A DNA stretch of 62,360 nucleotides, filler included. It is 7 parts of 7 records of this genome, joined end to end, with 100 filler letters (N's around TTAATTAATTAA, not from the genome) between each part and the next. Parts side by side here need not be neighbours in the genome. Positions count along the whole stretch, not along the records: positions 42,628 to 50,057 come from SRR31156797_27038; positions 50,158 to 62,360 come from SRR31156797_27052; 5 more parts are not named here. One strand, 5' to 3'. Every line of letters begins with the position of its first letter. The first letter of the stretch is position 1. Under the pieces are notes generated by a model. The model was given only the letters and a program-made list of their open reading frames with translations. It ran no database searches and was not told the origin of the DNA. The position numbers were made by a program, and so were the translations under genes. Shown in pieces: positions 47,817 through 60,922 of this stretch.

Positions 47817-49595
47817 ATGTTTCTTCCCACTACCCAGAAAGAACTCCAAAAACTAGGATACCATTCACTCGACATTATCCTTATCACTGGAGACAGCTAT
47901 ATTGATTCCCCGTATATCGGGGCAGCCGTTATTGGTAAAGTACTTGTAGATGCAGGTTTCAAGGTCGGTATTATTGCCCAACCAGCACTTGACACTGACA
48001 AAGATATAAAACGATTAGGTGAGCCTCGACTTTTCTGGGGCATTACAGGCGGTTCCGTGGACTCCATGGTCGCCAATTACACGGCGACTGGACGTCCTCG
48101 AAAAAAGGATGACTACACACCAGGCGGGATCAATAATCGAAGACCTGACAGAGCGGTTCTAGTATATGCCAACCTGATCCGACAACATTTTAAAAACACA
48201 GCTCCCCTTGTTCTCGGTGGAATAGAAGCTAGCCTGCGCAGGGTTGCTCATTATGATGCCTGGTCCAACAAAATCAGAAAATCAATTCTCTTTGATGCCA
48301 AGGCTGATTATCTCCTGTACGGAATGGCTGAACTATCTGTGGTTGCGCTTGCCCGATCACTTAACGAACAAATCTCACCCAACGATATCCAAGGACTTTG
48401 CTATAAAAGCGATACCCTACCACCTGATACACTCCCCCTGCCATCGTTTAGCCATTGCAAGGAAAGCAAATCAGCGTTTACCGAAATGTTTCAAATTTTC
48501 TATAACAACACTGATCCTGTAACCGCCAAACGTATCGCCCAGCAACAGGACAACCGTTTTCTAGTACAAAATCCTCCATCTCCAAACTTAAGTACAGAAG
48601 AGCTGGATGTTCTTCACAATCTCACTTTTGAGCGTGAACTCCACCCATATTATGCGCAATCAGGGTCAGTAACAGCACTCGATACCATTCGCTTTGCAGT
48701 CACCACCCATCGAGGCTGTTATGGCGAGTGCAACTTCTGTGCTATTGCCGTGCACCAGGGGAGAACCGTTGTCAGCCGCAGTGAACGTTCAATTATCGAA
48801 GAAGTAGTGGAGTGCACCAAGCACCCAGCCTTCAAGGGCATTATTTCTGATGTAGGCGGTCCCACTGCCAATATGTATGGCATTGAATGCAAAAAAAAGA
48901 TCTTATCAGGATCCTGCCAAGATAAACGATGCATTTTCCCTTCATCCTGCCCCACAATGGGCATTAACCATGGCCGCCAGATAGCACTCTTGAAAAAACT
49001 GAGAACACTACCGGGCATCAAAAAAATATTCATCGCTTCGGGTATTCGCTACGATATGATTCTGGCCGATAAAAAAAATGGCCGGGCATATCTGCGCGAC
49101 CTGATACGCCACCATATTTCCGGACAAATGAAAATTGCGCCAGAACACTGCAGTAATGTTGTGCTCAGGGCTATGGGGAAACCGAACACAGACTCGTTGA
49201 TCGCCTTTCGTAACCTGTTTACGTCACTGACCAAACAGGAAAAACAAAAACTTTTTTTGACCTACTATATCATTGCGGCCCACCCGGAATGCACTCGAAG
49301 TGAGATGGACCAACTAAGAAAATTCTCACAACAAGTACTGAAAATCATCCCAAGACAAGTTCAGGTTTTTACCCCCACGCCCTCCACTTGGTCGACTGTG
49401 ATGTACTGGACAGAGAAGAACCCTTGGACTGGCAAGGCCTGTTTTGTTGAAAAAAATTCTGCCCGAAAGGAACAACAAAAAATGATACTGATCGATGCGA
49501 TAAAACAATCAAAAGAAACTTTGCAGAACACAAAGTCCAAAAGAGAAAAATATACTCAAAAAAGAAATTCCTCAGGTAAACAGAAGAAAAGATGA
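47817..49595 (+). CDS. YgiQ-family radical SAM protein
   Basis: ITGD.Y.D.P, GGIEASLRR.AHYD, RGCYGECNFC (CxxxCxxC), DVGGPTANMYG. Confidence 0.92.
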   Translation: MFLPTTQKELQKLGYHSLDIILITGDSYIDSPYIGAAVIGKVLVDAGFKVGIIAQPALDTDKDIKRLGEPRLFWGITGGSVDSMVANYTATGRPRKKDDYTPGGINNRRPDRAVLVYANLIRQHFKNTAPLVLGGIEASLRRVAHYDAWSNKIRKSILFDAKADYLLYGMAELSVVALARSLNEQISPNDIQGLCYKSDTLPPDTLPLPSFSHCKESKSAFTEMFQIFYNNTDPVTAKRIAQQQDNRFLVQNPPSPNLSTEELDVLHNLTFERELHPYYAQSGSVTALDTIRFAVTTHRGCYGECNFCAIAVHQGRTVVSRSERSIIEEVVECTKHPAFKGIISDVGGPTANMYGIECKKKILSGSCQDKRCIFPSSCPTMGINHGRQIALLKKLRTLPGIKKIFIASGIRYDMILADKKNGRAYLRDLIRHHISGQMKIAPEHCSNVVLRAMGKPNTDSLIAFRNLFTSLTKQEKQKLFLTYYIIAAHPECTRSEMDQLRKFSQQVLKIIPRQVQVFTPTPSTWSTVMYWTEKNPWTGKACFVEKNSARKEQQKMILIDAIKQSKETLQNTKSKREKYTQKRNSSGKQKKR

Positions 49596-49679
49596 GGTAG
49601 TTTGAGTGGGACTACAGTGCGGTCTGAGCATCTGTGATTACAGTTGTGATAATGATCAATTCCAACTCTTTGGTACAAG

Positions 49680-49910
49680 ATGGAAAAAATCACGTCCCTC
49701 ATCAAGCAACTTGGAACTTGGCTGGTTATTGGATTACGAATGGCACTAGGGTTGGTCGTTATGAAAACCGGGTACGACCTGGCAGCAGGAAAGCTGCACT
49801 ATGGGGAAACTTTTCTCAACGACCCAATCACCCCTCTTTTTCTCATTATTGTCGGGGCCTATTTTTGCTTTTCCAGCCTGCTTCGTCGGCTGCTTTCAAA
49901 TAATTCATAA
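49680..49910 (+). CDS. Small two-TM hypothetical membrane protein
   Basis: 76-aa ORF with two hydrophobic segments in an otherwise empty interval. Confidence 0.5.
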   Translation: MEKITSLIKQLGTWLVIGLRMALGLVVMKTGYDLAAGKLHYGETFLNDPITPLFLIIVGAYFCFSSLLRRLLSNNS

Positions 49911-50057
49911 AAACTGCAGTCAATCATCCGCCCAAAGAAAAACTGCCCGCCCCACACTAGAAGTGTGAGACAGGCAGAGAGGGGGTAGAAAAAATTCTAA
50001 AAATTTTAGAAATTCCAGAAAGTATCAATTTCTTCGCCGGACATATCCCAAACCACG

Positions 50058-50157
50058 NNNNNNNNNNNNNNNNNNNNNNNNNNNNNNNNNNNNNNNNNNN
50101 NTTAATTAATTAANNNNNNNNNNNNNNNNNNNNNNNNNNNNNNNNNNNNNNNNNNNN
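50058..50157. other. Artificial contig spacer
   Basis: 44 N + TTAATTAATTAA + 44 N. Confidence 0.99.
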
Positions 50158-50296
50158 ACTAGTTATTCTAATTACAAAATCTATAACACAGTTATTAGCG
50201 TTTTTAGCAAGTAAGAATGAACAGAAGTTTATGTAGATAGGTACTAGATAGTTAGTCATTTACTGTCGTTTAGACAGAAGCAAAGGGAGAATTGCA

Positions 50297-53200
50297 ATGG
50301 CTCTATACGATCCTCGTCTTGAGAAAGACAACTGTGGATTCGGTTTGATTGCACACATGGAAGGTCAAGCTAGTCATAAATTGGTTCGCACCGCAATTTC
50401 AGCACTCGATCGGATGACCCACCGTGGCGGTATCGCAGCGGATGGCAAAACGGGTGACGGCTGTGGTCTTCTATTACAAAAGCCTGACTCATATTTACGT
50501 TTAATCGCTGAAGAGCAAAATTGGAACCTTGGAAAACAGTATGCCGTCGGCATGATCTTCCTAAGCCAGGATCCAGTCAAAGCTCAGGCTGCTCGTGATG
50601 TTATTAATAAAGAATTATCACAAGAAACCCTAACGGTATCAGGTTGGCGAGTTGTGCCGACCAATCCAAAAGTTCTGGGACCGATCGCTAACGACTCTGT
50701 TCCAGACATTCAACAAATCTTTATTACTGCACCAGCAGGTTGGCGTGAACGCGATATTGAACGTCGCCTATACATTGCTCGTCGCCGTATTGAAAAGAAA
50801 ATCACTGATGACCCAGATTTCTATATCTGTTCTCTTTCTACACAAGTTATTGTTTATAAAGGCTTGTGTATGCCAGCGGATCTGCCTCGCTTCTACTTAG
50901 ATTTAGCAGATTTACGCATGGAATCAGCGATTTGTCTGTTCCACCAGCGTTTCTCAACCAACACTCAGCCACGTTGGCCTTTAGCACAGCCTTTCCGCTA
51001 CCTTGCCCATAACGGTGAGATCAATACCATCGAAGGGAACCGTGAGTGGGCCCGTGCACGTGCATACAAATTTACGTCACCGCTACTTCCCGATCTGAGC
51101 ACAGCAGCACCATTCGTTAACGAAACAGGTTCTGACTCTTCAAGCTTAGATAATATGTTGGACTTGTTCCTTGCAGGCGGTATGGATCTATTCCGAGCGA
51201 TGCGCATGCTTGTGCCGCCAGCATGGCAAAATCACCCTGATATGGATGAAGATCTACGAGCGTTCTATGACTTCAACTCAAAACACATGGAACCTTGGGA
51301 TGGCCCTGCTGGTATCGTGCTTTCTGATGGTCGTTACGCAGCTTGTAACCTTGACCGTAATGGTCTTCGCCCTGCCCGCTATGTGATCACTAAAGATAAG
51401 CTGATCACTTTGGCATCTGAGGTCGGTATCTGGAACTACGCGCCGGATGAAGTCGCAGAAAAAGGCCGTGTAGGCCCAGGTGAACTGCTGGTTATCGACA
51501 CCCGAAAAGGCAAACTATGGCAATCTAGTGAGATCGATAACGATCTTAAGAGTCGCCATCCTTATCGTGAGTGGATGAAAAACAACGTCCACAAACTGAA
51601 ATCTTTCTCTGATCTGCCAGACGATCAAGTCGGTGAACGGAATTTTGATGAGTTACTACTCAAGACTTATCAGAAGCAGTTCGCGATGACCAATGAAGAA
51701 GCGGATCAGGTACTGCGCGTATTGGGTGATATGGGACAAGAAGCGGTTGGCTCTATGGGTGATGACACCCCAATGGCTGTACTGTCTTCCAAAGAGCGTT
51801 TGCTCACTGACTACTTCCGTCAGAAATTCGCTCAGGTGACCAACCCACCGATTGATCCATTACGTGAAAAACACGTAATGTCGTTGGCAACCAGTATCGG
51901 TCAGGAGATGAACGTCTTCAATGAAACCGATGGCCACGCTCACCGTGTGACCTTTGATTCTCCGGTATTGCTTTACTCTGATATGCAGCAGTTGCTAACA
52001 CTCAGCGACGAGCATTACCGCAATACGATTTTAGACATCAACTTCGATCCACAGCAATCGACATTAGAACAAGCTTTACACGAACTATGTGATAAGGCGG
52101 TTGAAGTGGTTCGTGATGGTACTGTACTTCTTGTGCTTTCAGACCGAGCTCTGACTAAAGGTCGTTTACCGATTCCAGCAGCGATGGCTGTGGGTGCTAT
52201 TCATACTCGTTTGGTTGAAGAAAGCTTGCGTTGTGATGCCAATATTATCGTTGAAACCGCAACAGCTCGTGACCCTCACCAATTCGCGGTATTAATAGGC
52301 TTTGGCGCAACCGCTGTTTATCCATATCTCGCTTATGAAGTACTGGGCAAAATGGTGGATGAAGGTGCAATAGAAAAAAGCTACCGCGAGGTTATGCAAA
52401 ACTATCAGTACGGTATCAACAAAGGTCTGTACAAGATCATGTCGAAAATGGGTATTTCGACGGTCGCTTCTTACCGTTGTTCACAGCTATTCGAAGCCGT
52501 TGGTCTGCACAGCGATGTGGTTGATCTTTGCTTCAAAGGCGTGAAGACACGTATTCAGGGCGCAAGTTTTGAAGACTTCCAGCAAGATCTTTTCAACCTA
52601 TCACGTAAAGCATGGGCAGCTCGTAAATCGATTGAACATGGCGGACTGCTTAAATACGTTCATGGTGGCGAATACCACGCTTACAACCCTGATGTTGTTG
52701 GTACTCTACAAAAAGCCGTTAAATCTGGCGAATCTTTGGATTATAAACAGTTTGCAAAACAGGTTAACGACCGTCCGGCTGCGATGTTACGTGATCTGAT
52801 GAAACTGAAAAAATCAGACAAGCCACTCGCTCTAGACCAAGTTGAACCAGCAACAGAGCTATTTAAACGCTTCGATTCCGCAGCAATGTCTATCGGCGCC
52901 TTAAGTCCGGAAGCGCACGAAGCTCTGGCAACCGCAATGAACCGCTTAGGTGGTTTCTCGAACTCTGGTGAAGGTGGTGAAGATCCTCGTCGTTTCGGTA
53001 CTGAACGTAACTCTCGTATCAAACAGGTCGCTTCAGGTCGCTTCGGTGTCACACCGCATTACCTGACTAACGCTGACGTTCTGCAAATTAAAGTCGCACA
53101 AGGTGCGAAACCAGGTGAAGGTGGTCAGCTGCCGGGACACAAAGTAACAGCGGAAATCGCTAAACTTCGTCACTCGGTACAAGGCGTAACACTCATTTCA

Positions 53201-54760
53201 CCGCCACCGCACCACGATATTTATTCTATCGAGGATTTGGCTCAGCTGATCTTCGATTTGAAACAGGTTAACCCTAAAGCGCTTGTCTCGGTAAAACTGG
53301 TTTCTGAACCGGGTGTCGGTACTATCGCAACAGGTGTGGCAAAAGCTTATGCCGACTTAATTACCATTTCTGGCTACGACGGTGGTACAGCTGCGAGCCC
53401 GCTAACCTCCGTGAAATACGCGGGTAGCCCTTGGGAACTTGGTTTGGCAGAAACTCAACAAGCACTCGTTGCCAATGGTCTGCGCCACAAGATTCGCCTG
53501 CAAGTGGACGGCGGTCTGAAAACAGGTTTGGATGTTATCAAGGGGGCTATCCTTGGTGCAGAAAGCTTTGGTTTCGGTACAGGTCCAATGGTTGCGATGG
53601 GCTGTAAGTTCTTACGTATCTGTCACCTAAATAACTGTGCGACGGGTGTTGCAACTCAAGACGAAACACTACGTAGAGATTACTTCAAAGGCTTGCCTGA
53701 AATGGTCATCAACTATTTCACTGGTATTGCAGAAGAAGTTCGTGGTTACTTAGCGGACCTTGGTGTTGAAAAACTTACGGATTTGATTGGTCGTACTGAC
53801 CTGTTAGAAGCGGTACAAGGTTTAACAGCGAAGCAAAGCAAGCTTGACCTGTCAGGTATTCTGGAAGCCCCAGTTTCTCCGCAAGGTTTGCCGCTAAGCT
53901 GCACAGAACCAAATACTCCGTTTGATAAAGCAGTTCTCAACCAAAAGATTGTGGAAGATGCTCTCGAATCGATTGAGAACCAACAATCTATCGAGCTTTA
54001 CTATGATGTAATTAACACCGACCGTTCAGTGGGTGCTCGTCTATCAGGTGAAATCGCAAAACGTTACGGAAATGCTGGTCTTGCTGCATCACCAATTAAA
54101 GTCTTCCTTGATGGTACTGCTGGTCAGTCGTTCGGAGTGTGGAATGCCGGCGGTGTTGAACTTTACCTGACGGGTGACGCGAACGACTACGTTGGTAAAG
54201 GTATGGCTGGAGGCAAAGTCGTGATCAAGCCTCATGTCGGTACTGCATTCAACTGCAACGAAGCCACTATCGTTGGTAACACCTGTCTATACGGTGCAAC
54301 GGGCGGAAAACTGTTCGCCGCAGGTAAAGCGGGTGAACGTTTTGGTGTACGTAACTCTGGCACTATCAGTGTTATTGAAGGCGCTGGTGATAACGCATGT
54401 GAATATATGACAGGCGGTGTCGTTGCCATTCTGGGTGCAACAGGCGTTAACTTTGGCGCAGGTATGACAGGCGGCTTTGCCTACGTTCTAGACGAAAATG
54501 GTGATTTCCAAGGCCGCGTGAATGAAGAGTCTGTAGAAGCGATTTCGCTGAAAGACCTCTATATTCATCAAGAGCACTTGCGTGGATTAATCGCAGAGCA
54601 CCTTGAAGAAACGGGCTCTGAGCATGCAGAAAACATCTTAGCGAACTTTGATGAATGGATTCCGAAGTTCTATTTAATCAAACCTCAGGCCGCGGATTTA
54701 CAGACCTTACTGGGTCACCAAAGCCGCAGCGCTGCAGAACTACGTGTTCAAGCACAATAA
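50297..54760 (+). CDS. gltB: Glutamate synthase large subunit
   Basis: CGFG Ntn Cys, [44 protein letters not shown]. Confidence 0.98.
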   Translation: MALYDPRLEKDNCGFGLIAHMEGQASHKLVRTAISALDRMTHRGGIAADGKTGDGCGLLLQKPDSYLRLIAEEQNWNLGKQYAVGMIFLSQDPVKAQAARDVINKELSQETLTVSGWRVVPTNPKVLGPIANDSVPDIQQIFITAPAGWRERDIERRLYIARRRIEKKITDDPDFYICSLSTQVIVYKGLCMPADLPRFYLDLADLRMESAICLFHQRFSTNTQPRWPLAQPFRYLAHNGEINTIEGNREWARARAYKFTSPLLPDLSTAAPFVNETGSDSSSLDNMLDLFLAGGMDLFRAMRMLVPPAWQNHPDMDEDLRAFYDFNSKHMEPWDGPAGIVLSDGRYAACNLDRNGLRPARYVITKDKLITLASEVGIWNYAPDEVAEKGRVGPGELLVIDTRKGKLWQSSEIDNDLKSRHPYREWMKNNVHKLKSFSDLPDDQVGERNFDELLLKTYQKQFAMTNEEADQVLRVLGDMGQEAVGSMGDDTPMAVLSSKERLLTDYFRQKFAQVTNPPIDPLREKHVMSLATSIGQEMNVFNETDGHAHRVTFDSPVLLYSDMQQLLTLSDEHYRNTILDINFDPQQSTLEQALHELCDKAVEVVRDGTVLLVLSDRALTKGRLPIPAAMAVGAIHTRLVEESLRCDANIIVETATARDPHQFAVLIGFGATAVYPYLAYEVLGKMVDEGAIEKSYREVMQNYQYGINKGLYKIMSKMGISTVASYRCSQLFEAVGLHSDVVDLCFKGVKTRIQGASFEDFQQDLFNLSRKAWAARKSIEHGGLLKYVHGGEYHAYNPDVVGTLQKAVKSGESLDYKQFAKQVNDRPAAMLRDLMKLKKSDKPLALDQVEPATELFKRFDSAAMSIGALSPEAHEALATAMNRLGGFSNSGEGGEDPRRFGTERNSRIKQVASGRFGVTPHYLTNADVLQIKVAQGAKPGEGGQLPGHKVTAEIAKLRHSVQGVTLISPPPHHDIYSIEDLAQLIFDLKQVNPKALVSVKLVSEPGVGTIATGVAKAYADLITISGYDGGTAASPLTSVKYAGSPWELGLAETQQALVANGLRHKIRLQVDGGLKTGLDVIKGAILGAESFGFGTGPMVAMGCKFLRICHLNNCATGVATQDETLRRDYFKGLPEMVINYFTGIAEEVRGYLADLGVEKLTDLIGRTDLLEAVQGLTAKQSKLDLSGILEAPVSPQGLPLSCTEPNTPFDKAVLNQKIVEDALESIENQQSIELYYDVINTDRSVGARLSGEIAKRYGNAGLAASPIKVFLDGTAGQSFGVWNAGGVELYLTGDANDYVGKGMAGGKVVIKPHVGTAFNCNEATIVGNTCLYGATGGKLFAAGKAGERFGVRNSGTISVIEGAGDNACEYMTGGVVAILGATGVNFGAGMTGGFAYVLDENGDFQGRVNEESVEAISLKDLYIHQEHLRGLIAEHLEETGSEHAENILANFDEWIPKFYLIKPQAADLQTLLGHQSRSAAELRVQAQ

Positions 54761-56191
<1,431 letters not shown>

Positions 56192-56214
56192 GTCGCAATA
56201 CGCTGTACGAAATT

Positions 56215-56242
56215 AAAGGATCCTAAGCATAGGATCCTTTTT
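56215..56242 (+). terminator. Intrinsic terminator after gltD
   Basis: AAAGGATCCTA-agca-TAGGATCCTTT followed by more T. Confidence 0.8.
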
Positions 56243-56307
56243 GTTTGTATAATCAAAAGCACTTGTATGTATAACTGAGTATTAATCAGAAGGAGCAGGT
56301 ATTAGTG

Positions 56308-56742
56308 ATGTATAAAATTCCACTTGTTATTCTTTCATCAGTACTGTTAAGTGCCTGTAGCAAAGGGAACCCTCCAATGGTCGATCGTACTCAAACCCCT
56401 TGTGGCAACAAACCAAATTGTGTTTCAACTGCCGACAATAGGGATAAGTTCATACTCGCCCCTTATATTCTGCGCTCTGGTGTGACTCTAGAACAAGTAG
56501 AACGTATTGCGCTAACTTTACCGGGAGCTCAGACTGCAGAAAAAGCTGACGACTACCTGCATATTGAATGCACTTCCCGAATCATGCGTTTTGTCGATGA
56601 TCTAGAACTTAAAATTACTGATGATCACCTATTAGTTCGATCTGAATCGCGGGTGGGATACAGTGATTTCGGTGTAAACCGACGTAGAGCAGAAGAACTA
56701 AGAGAAAAGTTAAGTAAAGCAGGCATGCTCGTCGAACCTTAA
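56308..56742 (+). CDS. DUF1499 family lipoprotein
   Basis: Lipobox LLSAC, PC..KPNCVS, FVDDLE, RSESRVG.SDFGVNR.R. Confidence 0.85.
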   Translation: MYKIPLVILSSVLLSACSKGNPPMVDRTQTPCGNKPNCVSTADNRDKFILAPYILRSGVTLEQVERIALTLPGAQTAEKADDYLHIECTSRIMRFVDDLELKITDDHLLVRSESRVGYSDFGVNRRRAEELREKLSKAGMLVEP

Positions 56743-56810
56743 CCTCGATATCTATAATGTTCTCGTGATAAACTTCTATCTGTTTTTCACTAATCACAAA
56801 GAGATACCCC

Positions 56811-57506
56811 ATGAAAATTGGCATCATTGGTGCGATGCAACAAGAAGTCGCAATCCTAAAAGAAGCACTTGATCACTGTCAGGAAGTAAACAAAGGTGGC
56901 TGTACTTACTATTCTGGTCAAATCAACGGTGTTGATGTGGTATTGCTACAATCAGGTATCGGTAAAGTCGCAGCGGCTATTGGTACAACTATCCTATTGG
57001 ACGAGTACCAACCCGATGTTGTGATTAACACTGGCTCTGCTGGCGGTTTTGACTCAAGCCTAACCATGGGCGATGTGGTTATCTCAACCGAAGTTCGTCA
57101 CCATGATGCGGACGTAACAGCTTTCGGTTATGAAATGGGACAAATGGCAGGTCAACCAGCCGCTTTTGCTGCCGATGAGAAATTGATGGCCGTGGCTGAA
57201 AAAGCACTCGACGCTTTAACTGACAAGCACGCAGTACGCGGCTTAATTTGTACCGGTGATGCTTTCGTTTGTACCGCTGAACGCCAAGACTTTATTCGTA
57301 AGCACTTCCCATCAGTTATCGCAGTAGAGATGGAAGCTTCTGCTATCGCTCAAACTTGCCACCAGTTCCAAGTACCATTTGTGGTCGTTCGCGCTATCTC
57401 TGATGTTGCAGATAAAGAATCACCAATGTCTTTCGATGAGTTCCTGCCACTAGCAGCGCAAAGCTCATCTGAAATGGTATTGAAAATGGTTGAGCTACTT
57501 AAGTAG
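56811..57506 (+). CDS. mtnN: 5'-methylthioadenosine/S-adenosylhomocysteine nucleosidase (Pfs)
   Basis: [34 protein letters not shown]. Confidence 0.97.
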   Translation: MKIGIIGAMQQEVAILKEALDHCQEVNKGGCTYYSGQINGVDVVLLQSGIGKVAAAIGTTILLDEYQPDVVINTGSAGGFDSSLTMGDVVISTEVRHHDADVTAFGYEMGQMAGQPAAFAADEKLMAVAEKALDALTDKHAVRGLICTGDAFVCTAERQDFIRKHFPSVIAVEMEASAIAQTCHQFQVPFVVVRAISDVADKESPMSFDEFLPLAAQSSSEMVLKMVELLK

Positions 57507-57519
57507 TCGATTCGCATAA

Positions 57520-58473
57520 ATGAACGAAATTATTTCGACGGTTTATGCTGAAGGTGCGCTCCTCATTTTGTGGGGCGCTCTTTTATTGCAGTTTATTTTA
57601 CCTATCCCAAGATATTCTCACCCCGCTATTCTGTGGCATAAATTTGCTGAAGTTCTAGCAGACAAAGTAAATACCAACAGTAACTACTCGCAAAGCATCA
57701 TTTCGGGCACTCTCGCCTGGTTACTGATGATCATACCTGCATTGATTGTTTGTATCGCTTTAAAATCCTTAGTATGGCAACCACAGCTGTATGAGTTAGC
57801 GCTGTTAATCCTAGCGTTAGACTGGCGAAACAACTCGCAATTATCAGATAAAATCGGCAAAGCGCTGGCCAAAGAAGATAAAGTTGGCGCGCGAAAATTA
57901 CTTGCCCCTTTCGTGAATAGAGAAACGAGTACTCTTTCAACGGTTGGGTTGGGTAAAGCCGCTGCAGAAACCATCATTATGGGCTTTAGCCGTAATGTTG
58001 TGGTGGTTCTATTCTGGTACGCTATTGCAGGCGCAACTGGGGCATTTATCTACCGACTGATGGCAGAGCTAGCTAGAGCATGGTCTCCGTCGCGTCGAGC
58101 ATTTCACCCATTTGGATTACCAATAGTCCGCACAGTCGCACTGATTGAGTTTCTACCGCTACGCTTGTTTAGCTTGCTGCTTATCGCGGGTAAGCAATCG
58201 GCTAACGCTTTGAACACAATTAAGACTCAAAGTCGCTCTTGGCCTTTACCCGGCCCAGCTTGGGTACTGTGTGCAATCGGAGGAAAACTAGAGCTTGCTC
58301 TCGGTGGACCTGCTATCTACAGCGAACAAAAAGTTGTGCGAGCAAAAATAGGCGGAAGAGTTGTCCCTTCTGCTCTGCATTTATCACAAGTACATAGCTT
58401 GCTTGTCTGGCGTATCTTGTTTTGGATTCTGCTGGAAAGCGTGATCCTATTTATCGTTTATCAAGGAATATAA
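57520..58473 (+). CDS. CobD/CbiB-family cobalamin biosynthesis membrane protein
   Basis: HP, L...V.RET..L, KAAAET, L.LGGPA.Y; located between mtnN and btuF as in vibrios. Confidence 0.8.
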   Translation: MNEIISTVYAEGALLILWGALLLQFILPIPRYSHPAILWHKFAEVLADKVNTNSNYSQSIISGTLAWLLMIIPALIVCIALKSLVWQPQLYELALLILALDWRNNSQLSDKIGKALAKEDKVGARKLLAPFVNRETSTLSTVGLGKAAAETIIMGFSRNVVVVLFWYAIAGATGAFIYRLMAELARAWSPSRRAFHPFGLPIVRTVALIEFLPLRLFSLLLIAGKQSANALNTIKTQSRSWPLPGPAWVLCAIGGKLELALGGPAIYSEQKVVRAKIGGRVVPSALHLSQVHSLLVWRILFWILLESVILFIVYQGI

Positions 58474-59298
58474 ATGCGTTTTTGCTCGGTTTACCTCATC
58501 GGTTTACTTATCTCTTTCTCTTCTCAAGCAGAACAAAACATCCAACGAGTCATTAGTTTAGCCCCCCATGCTACTGAATTAGCCTTTGCTGCAGGCCTCG
58601 GTGACAAACTGGTTGGCGTCAGTGCTTACAGTGATTATCCGCAACAAGCGAATGAAATTGAAAGAATCGCTAACTATCAGGGCATAAAGCTAGAACGAAT
58701 CATCGCGCTAAAACCAGACTTAATTATTGCTTGGCCGAAAGGGAATCCAGCAAAAGAAATTGAAAAGCTTAAACAATTAGGCTTTAAGTTTTTCAACTCA
58801 CAAGTTAACTCACTTGATGATATCGCGACAAACATTGAAGCGTTGAGTCAATATGCTGATGACCCGACACAAGGTCAAAAAGCCGCACAAGATTTCCGCC
58901 TGAGCCTCCAGCAGTTAGAGACGCAATACGCAGACTCTAGGCCGGTTCACTACTTCTATCAGCTCAGTGAGAAGCCGATTATTACTCTGGCTCAAGGAAG
59001 CTGGCCCAGCGAGGTGTTTAAGTTTTGTGGTGGCGTGAATATCTTTGAGCACAGTGCAACACCATACCCTCAGGTTGGTATCGAGCAGGTGCTTGTTGCA
59101 CAGCCTGAAGCGATTTTCACCTCCGAGCATGCGATTGAAAACGGCAATATGTGGAATCGCTGGAGCACGGAGCTACCCGCAGTGAAACAACAACACGTTT
59201 GGTCTCTTAACTCGGATTGGCTTAACCGCCCCACACCAAGAACGCTTAATGCTATCGAAGAGGTTTGTTTGCATTTTGAGCAAGTAAGAAAACGCTGA
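58474..59298 (+). CDS. btuF: Vitamin B12 ABC transporter periplasmic binding protein
   Basis: RVISLAPHATEL.FAAG, VS.YSDYP, ERI.ALKPDL, DWLNRPTPR. Confidence 0.92.
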   Translation: MRFCSVYLIGLLISFSSQAEQNIQRVISLAPHATELAFAAGLGDKLVGVSAYSDYPQQANEIERIANYQGIKLERIIALKPDLIIAWPKGNPAKEIEKLKQLGFKFFNSQVNSLDDIATNIEALSQYADDPTQGQKAAQDFRLSLQQLETQYADSRPVHYFYQLSEKPIITLAQGSWPSEVFKFCGGVNIFEHSATPYPQVGIEQVLVAQPEAIFTSEHAIENGNMWNRWSTELPAVKQQHVWSLNSDWLNRPTPRTLNAIEEVCLHFEQVRKR

Positions 59299-59365
59299 CA
59301 GTAAGTTGAAAAAGTCATACAATCCAAACCTTTCAATGTACGGTTAACCTAAAAGCGACTCAAAC

Positions 59366-59986
59366 TTGGATACATCAATACTCTATATTATCGATATGTT
59401 CGGTACAGCGATTTTTGCTATTTCAGGCGTATTGCTAGCTGGCCGTCTTAAGATGGACCCATTTGGTGTAACCGTACTTGCCAGCGTAACGGCGATTGGC
59501 GGTGGAACGATCCGCGACATGGCATTAGGTGCAACCCCCGTATTTTGGATCAGGGATACCAACTATATTTGGGTCATCATCATTACCTGTATCTTAACTA
59601 TGCTGATTGTGCGCCGACCAAAGCGAGTTCCTTGGTGGGTTTTACCAGTCTGTGATGCTATCGGTCTAGCCGTATTTGTTGGCATTGGTGTTGAGAAAGC
59701 AATGAGTTATCAGGACTCTGCATTAATTGCGGTAATAATGGGCGTGATCACAGGTTGTGGCGGAGGTATCATCCGCGATGTGCTTGCTCGTGAAATACCG
59801 ATGGTTCTGCGTAGTGAAGTCTACGCAACCGCCTGTATAGTTGGTGGAGTGTTCCATACTACTGCGTTAGCAATGGGTTACGACAACTCGATCGCGTTAA
59901 TTTCAGGCGTACTGTCAACGTTGATTATCCGTCTGGGTGCGATTCGCTGGCACTTGTCTTTACCTACTTTTGCGCTAACTAAATAA
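59366..59986 (+). CDS. TRIC/YadS (UPF0126) family membrane protein
   Basis: [33 protein letters not shown]. Confidence 0.9.
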   Translation: MDTSILYIIDMFGTAIFAISGVLLAGRLKMDPFGVTVLASVTAIGGGTIRDMALGATPVFWIRDTNYIWVIIITCILTMLIVRRPKRVPWWVLPVCDAIGLAVFVGIGVEKAMSYQDSALIAVIMGVITGCGGGIIRDVLAREIPMVLRSEVYATACIVGGVFHTTALAMGYDNSIALISGVLSTLIIRLGAIRWHLSLPTFALTK

Positions 59987-59987
59987 T

Positions 59988-60767
59988 TTAAACTAGGCTC
60001 ACTAACCAATCTGAGTGTTGTTGCCAAAGTAGCTTAGCCGCCATTAACAACGACATCAAAATAACCAGAGGTCGAATCCATTTTTGACCTTTCGTGACCA
60101 CTACTTTAGCCCCTAACCTCGCTCCCAAAAACTGCCCCGCAGCCATCACTAAGCCTAATTTCCAAATGGGCAGTCCCGCGATGACAAAAAACATTAATGC
60201 CGCGATGTTAGACGTAAAATTCAGAATCTTGGTGCGTGCAGTGGCATCTACCAATGAAAAATGACCTAACACCACAAAACAGACGGTGAAAATTGAGCCA
60301 GTACCAGGGCCAAAAAAACCATCATAAAAGCCAACACAACTCCCAACACTCAACGCAAAAGCGGCCTCGGATAATGGTTTCTTGCCTGATTCAGCTTTGG
60401 TTTGCGGTGCCAATAAAAAGTAAGCAGAAATTGCCACCAAAAGTATCGGAATCAAACTGGTTAGAAAAGAAGTATCAAATAACTGAACCAACTCGGCACC
60501 TGTCGCGGATCCGATAAAAGTACATACAATCGCAAGACGCATCTCTTTAAGGTTGACGATACCATTACGAACAAAATACAAACTGGCAGAGAAACTACCG
60601 AATGAACTTTGGAGTTTATTGGTCGCTAAAGCGTTAGTAGGCGGCACCCCAGCAGCTAAAAGTGCCGGAAGTGTTAGCAGTCCGCCACCACCAGCCATAG
60701 CATCAATAAAACCAGCAGCGCTTGCGACAAAGAACATTATCGCTAATAGTTCGAATGAAACGTCCAT
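59988..60767 (-). CDS. TSUP/TauE (YfcA-like) family transporter
   Basis: AGFIDA.AGGGGL, LATNK, GFYDGFFGPGTG, K..NF.SN. Confidence 0.9.
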   Translation of the reverse strand: MDVSFELLAIMFFVASAAGFIDAMAGGGGLLTLPALLAAGVPPTNALATNKLQSSFGSFSASLYFVRNGIVNLKEMRLAIVCTFIGSATGAELVQLFDTSFLTSLIPILLVAISAYFLLAPQTKAESGKKPLSEAAFALSVGSCVGFYDGFFGPGTGSIFTVCFVVLGHFSLVDATARTKILNFTSNIAALMFFVIAGLPIWKLGLVMAAGQFLGARLGAKVVVTKGQKWIRPLVILMSLLMAAKLLWQQHSDWLVSLV

Positions 60768-60849
60768 GTGAATCCAGTACAACAGATGAGATGTAACAAA
60801 ATATCACTAGGCCACTGTTTAACCTAACGATTATTCAACTAATAAACAT

Positions 60850-60875
60850 AAAAAAGCCCGCTCAAATGAGCGGGC
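60850..60875 (-). terminator. Intrinsic terminator after carB
   Basis: GCCCGCTC/GAGCGGGC stem with 4-nt loop, then T6 on the minus strand. Confidence 0.85.
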
Positions 60876-60922
60876 AATGAGGTTGTCAGGTAAACCTTAA
60901 GGTCTACTGATTTATTATCCTA

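Noticed and set aside
50006-50057. Possible 3' end of a minus-strand gene (…VVWDMSGEEIDTFWNF*)
   Set aside because: Only 16 codons before the contig edge; cannot be assigned
56743-58474. Cobalamin riboswitch ahead of the cobD-like and btuF genes
   Set aside because: Intergenic gaps are 0-68 bp, too short, and no B12-box motif is visible
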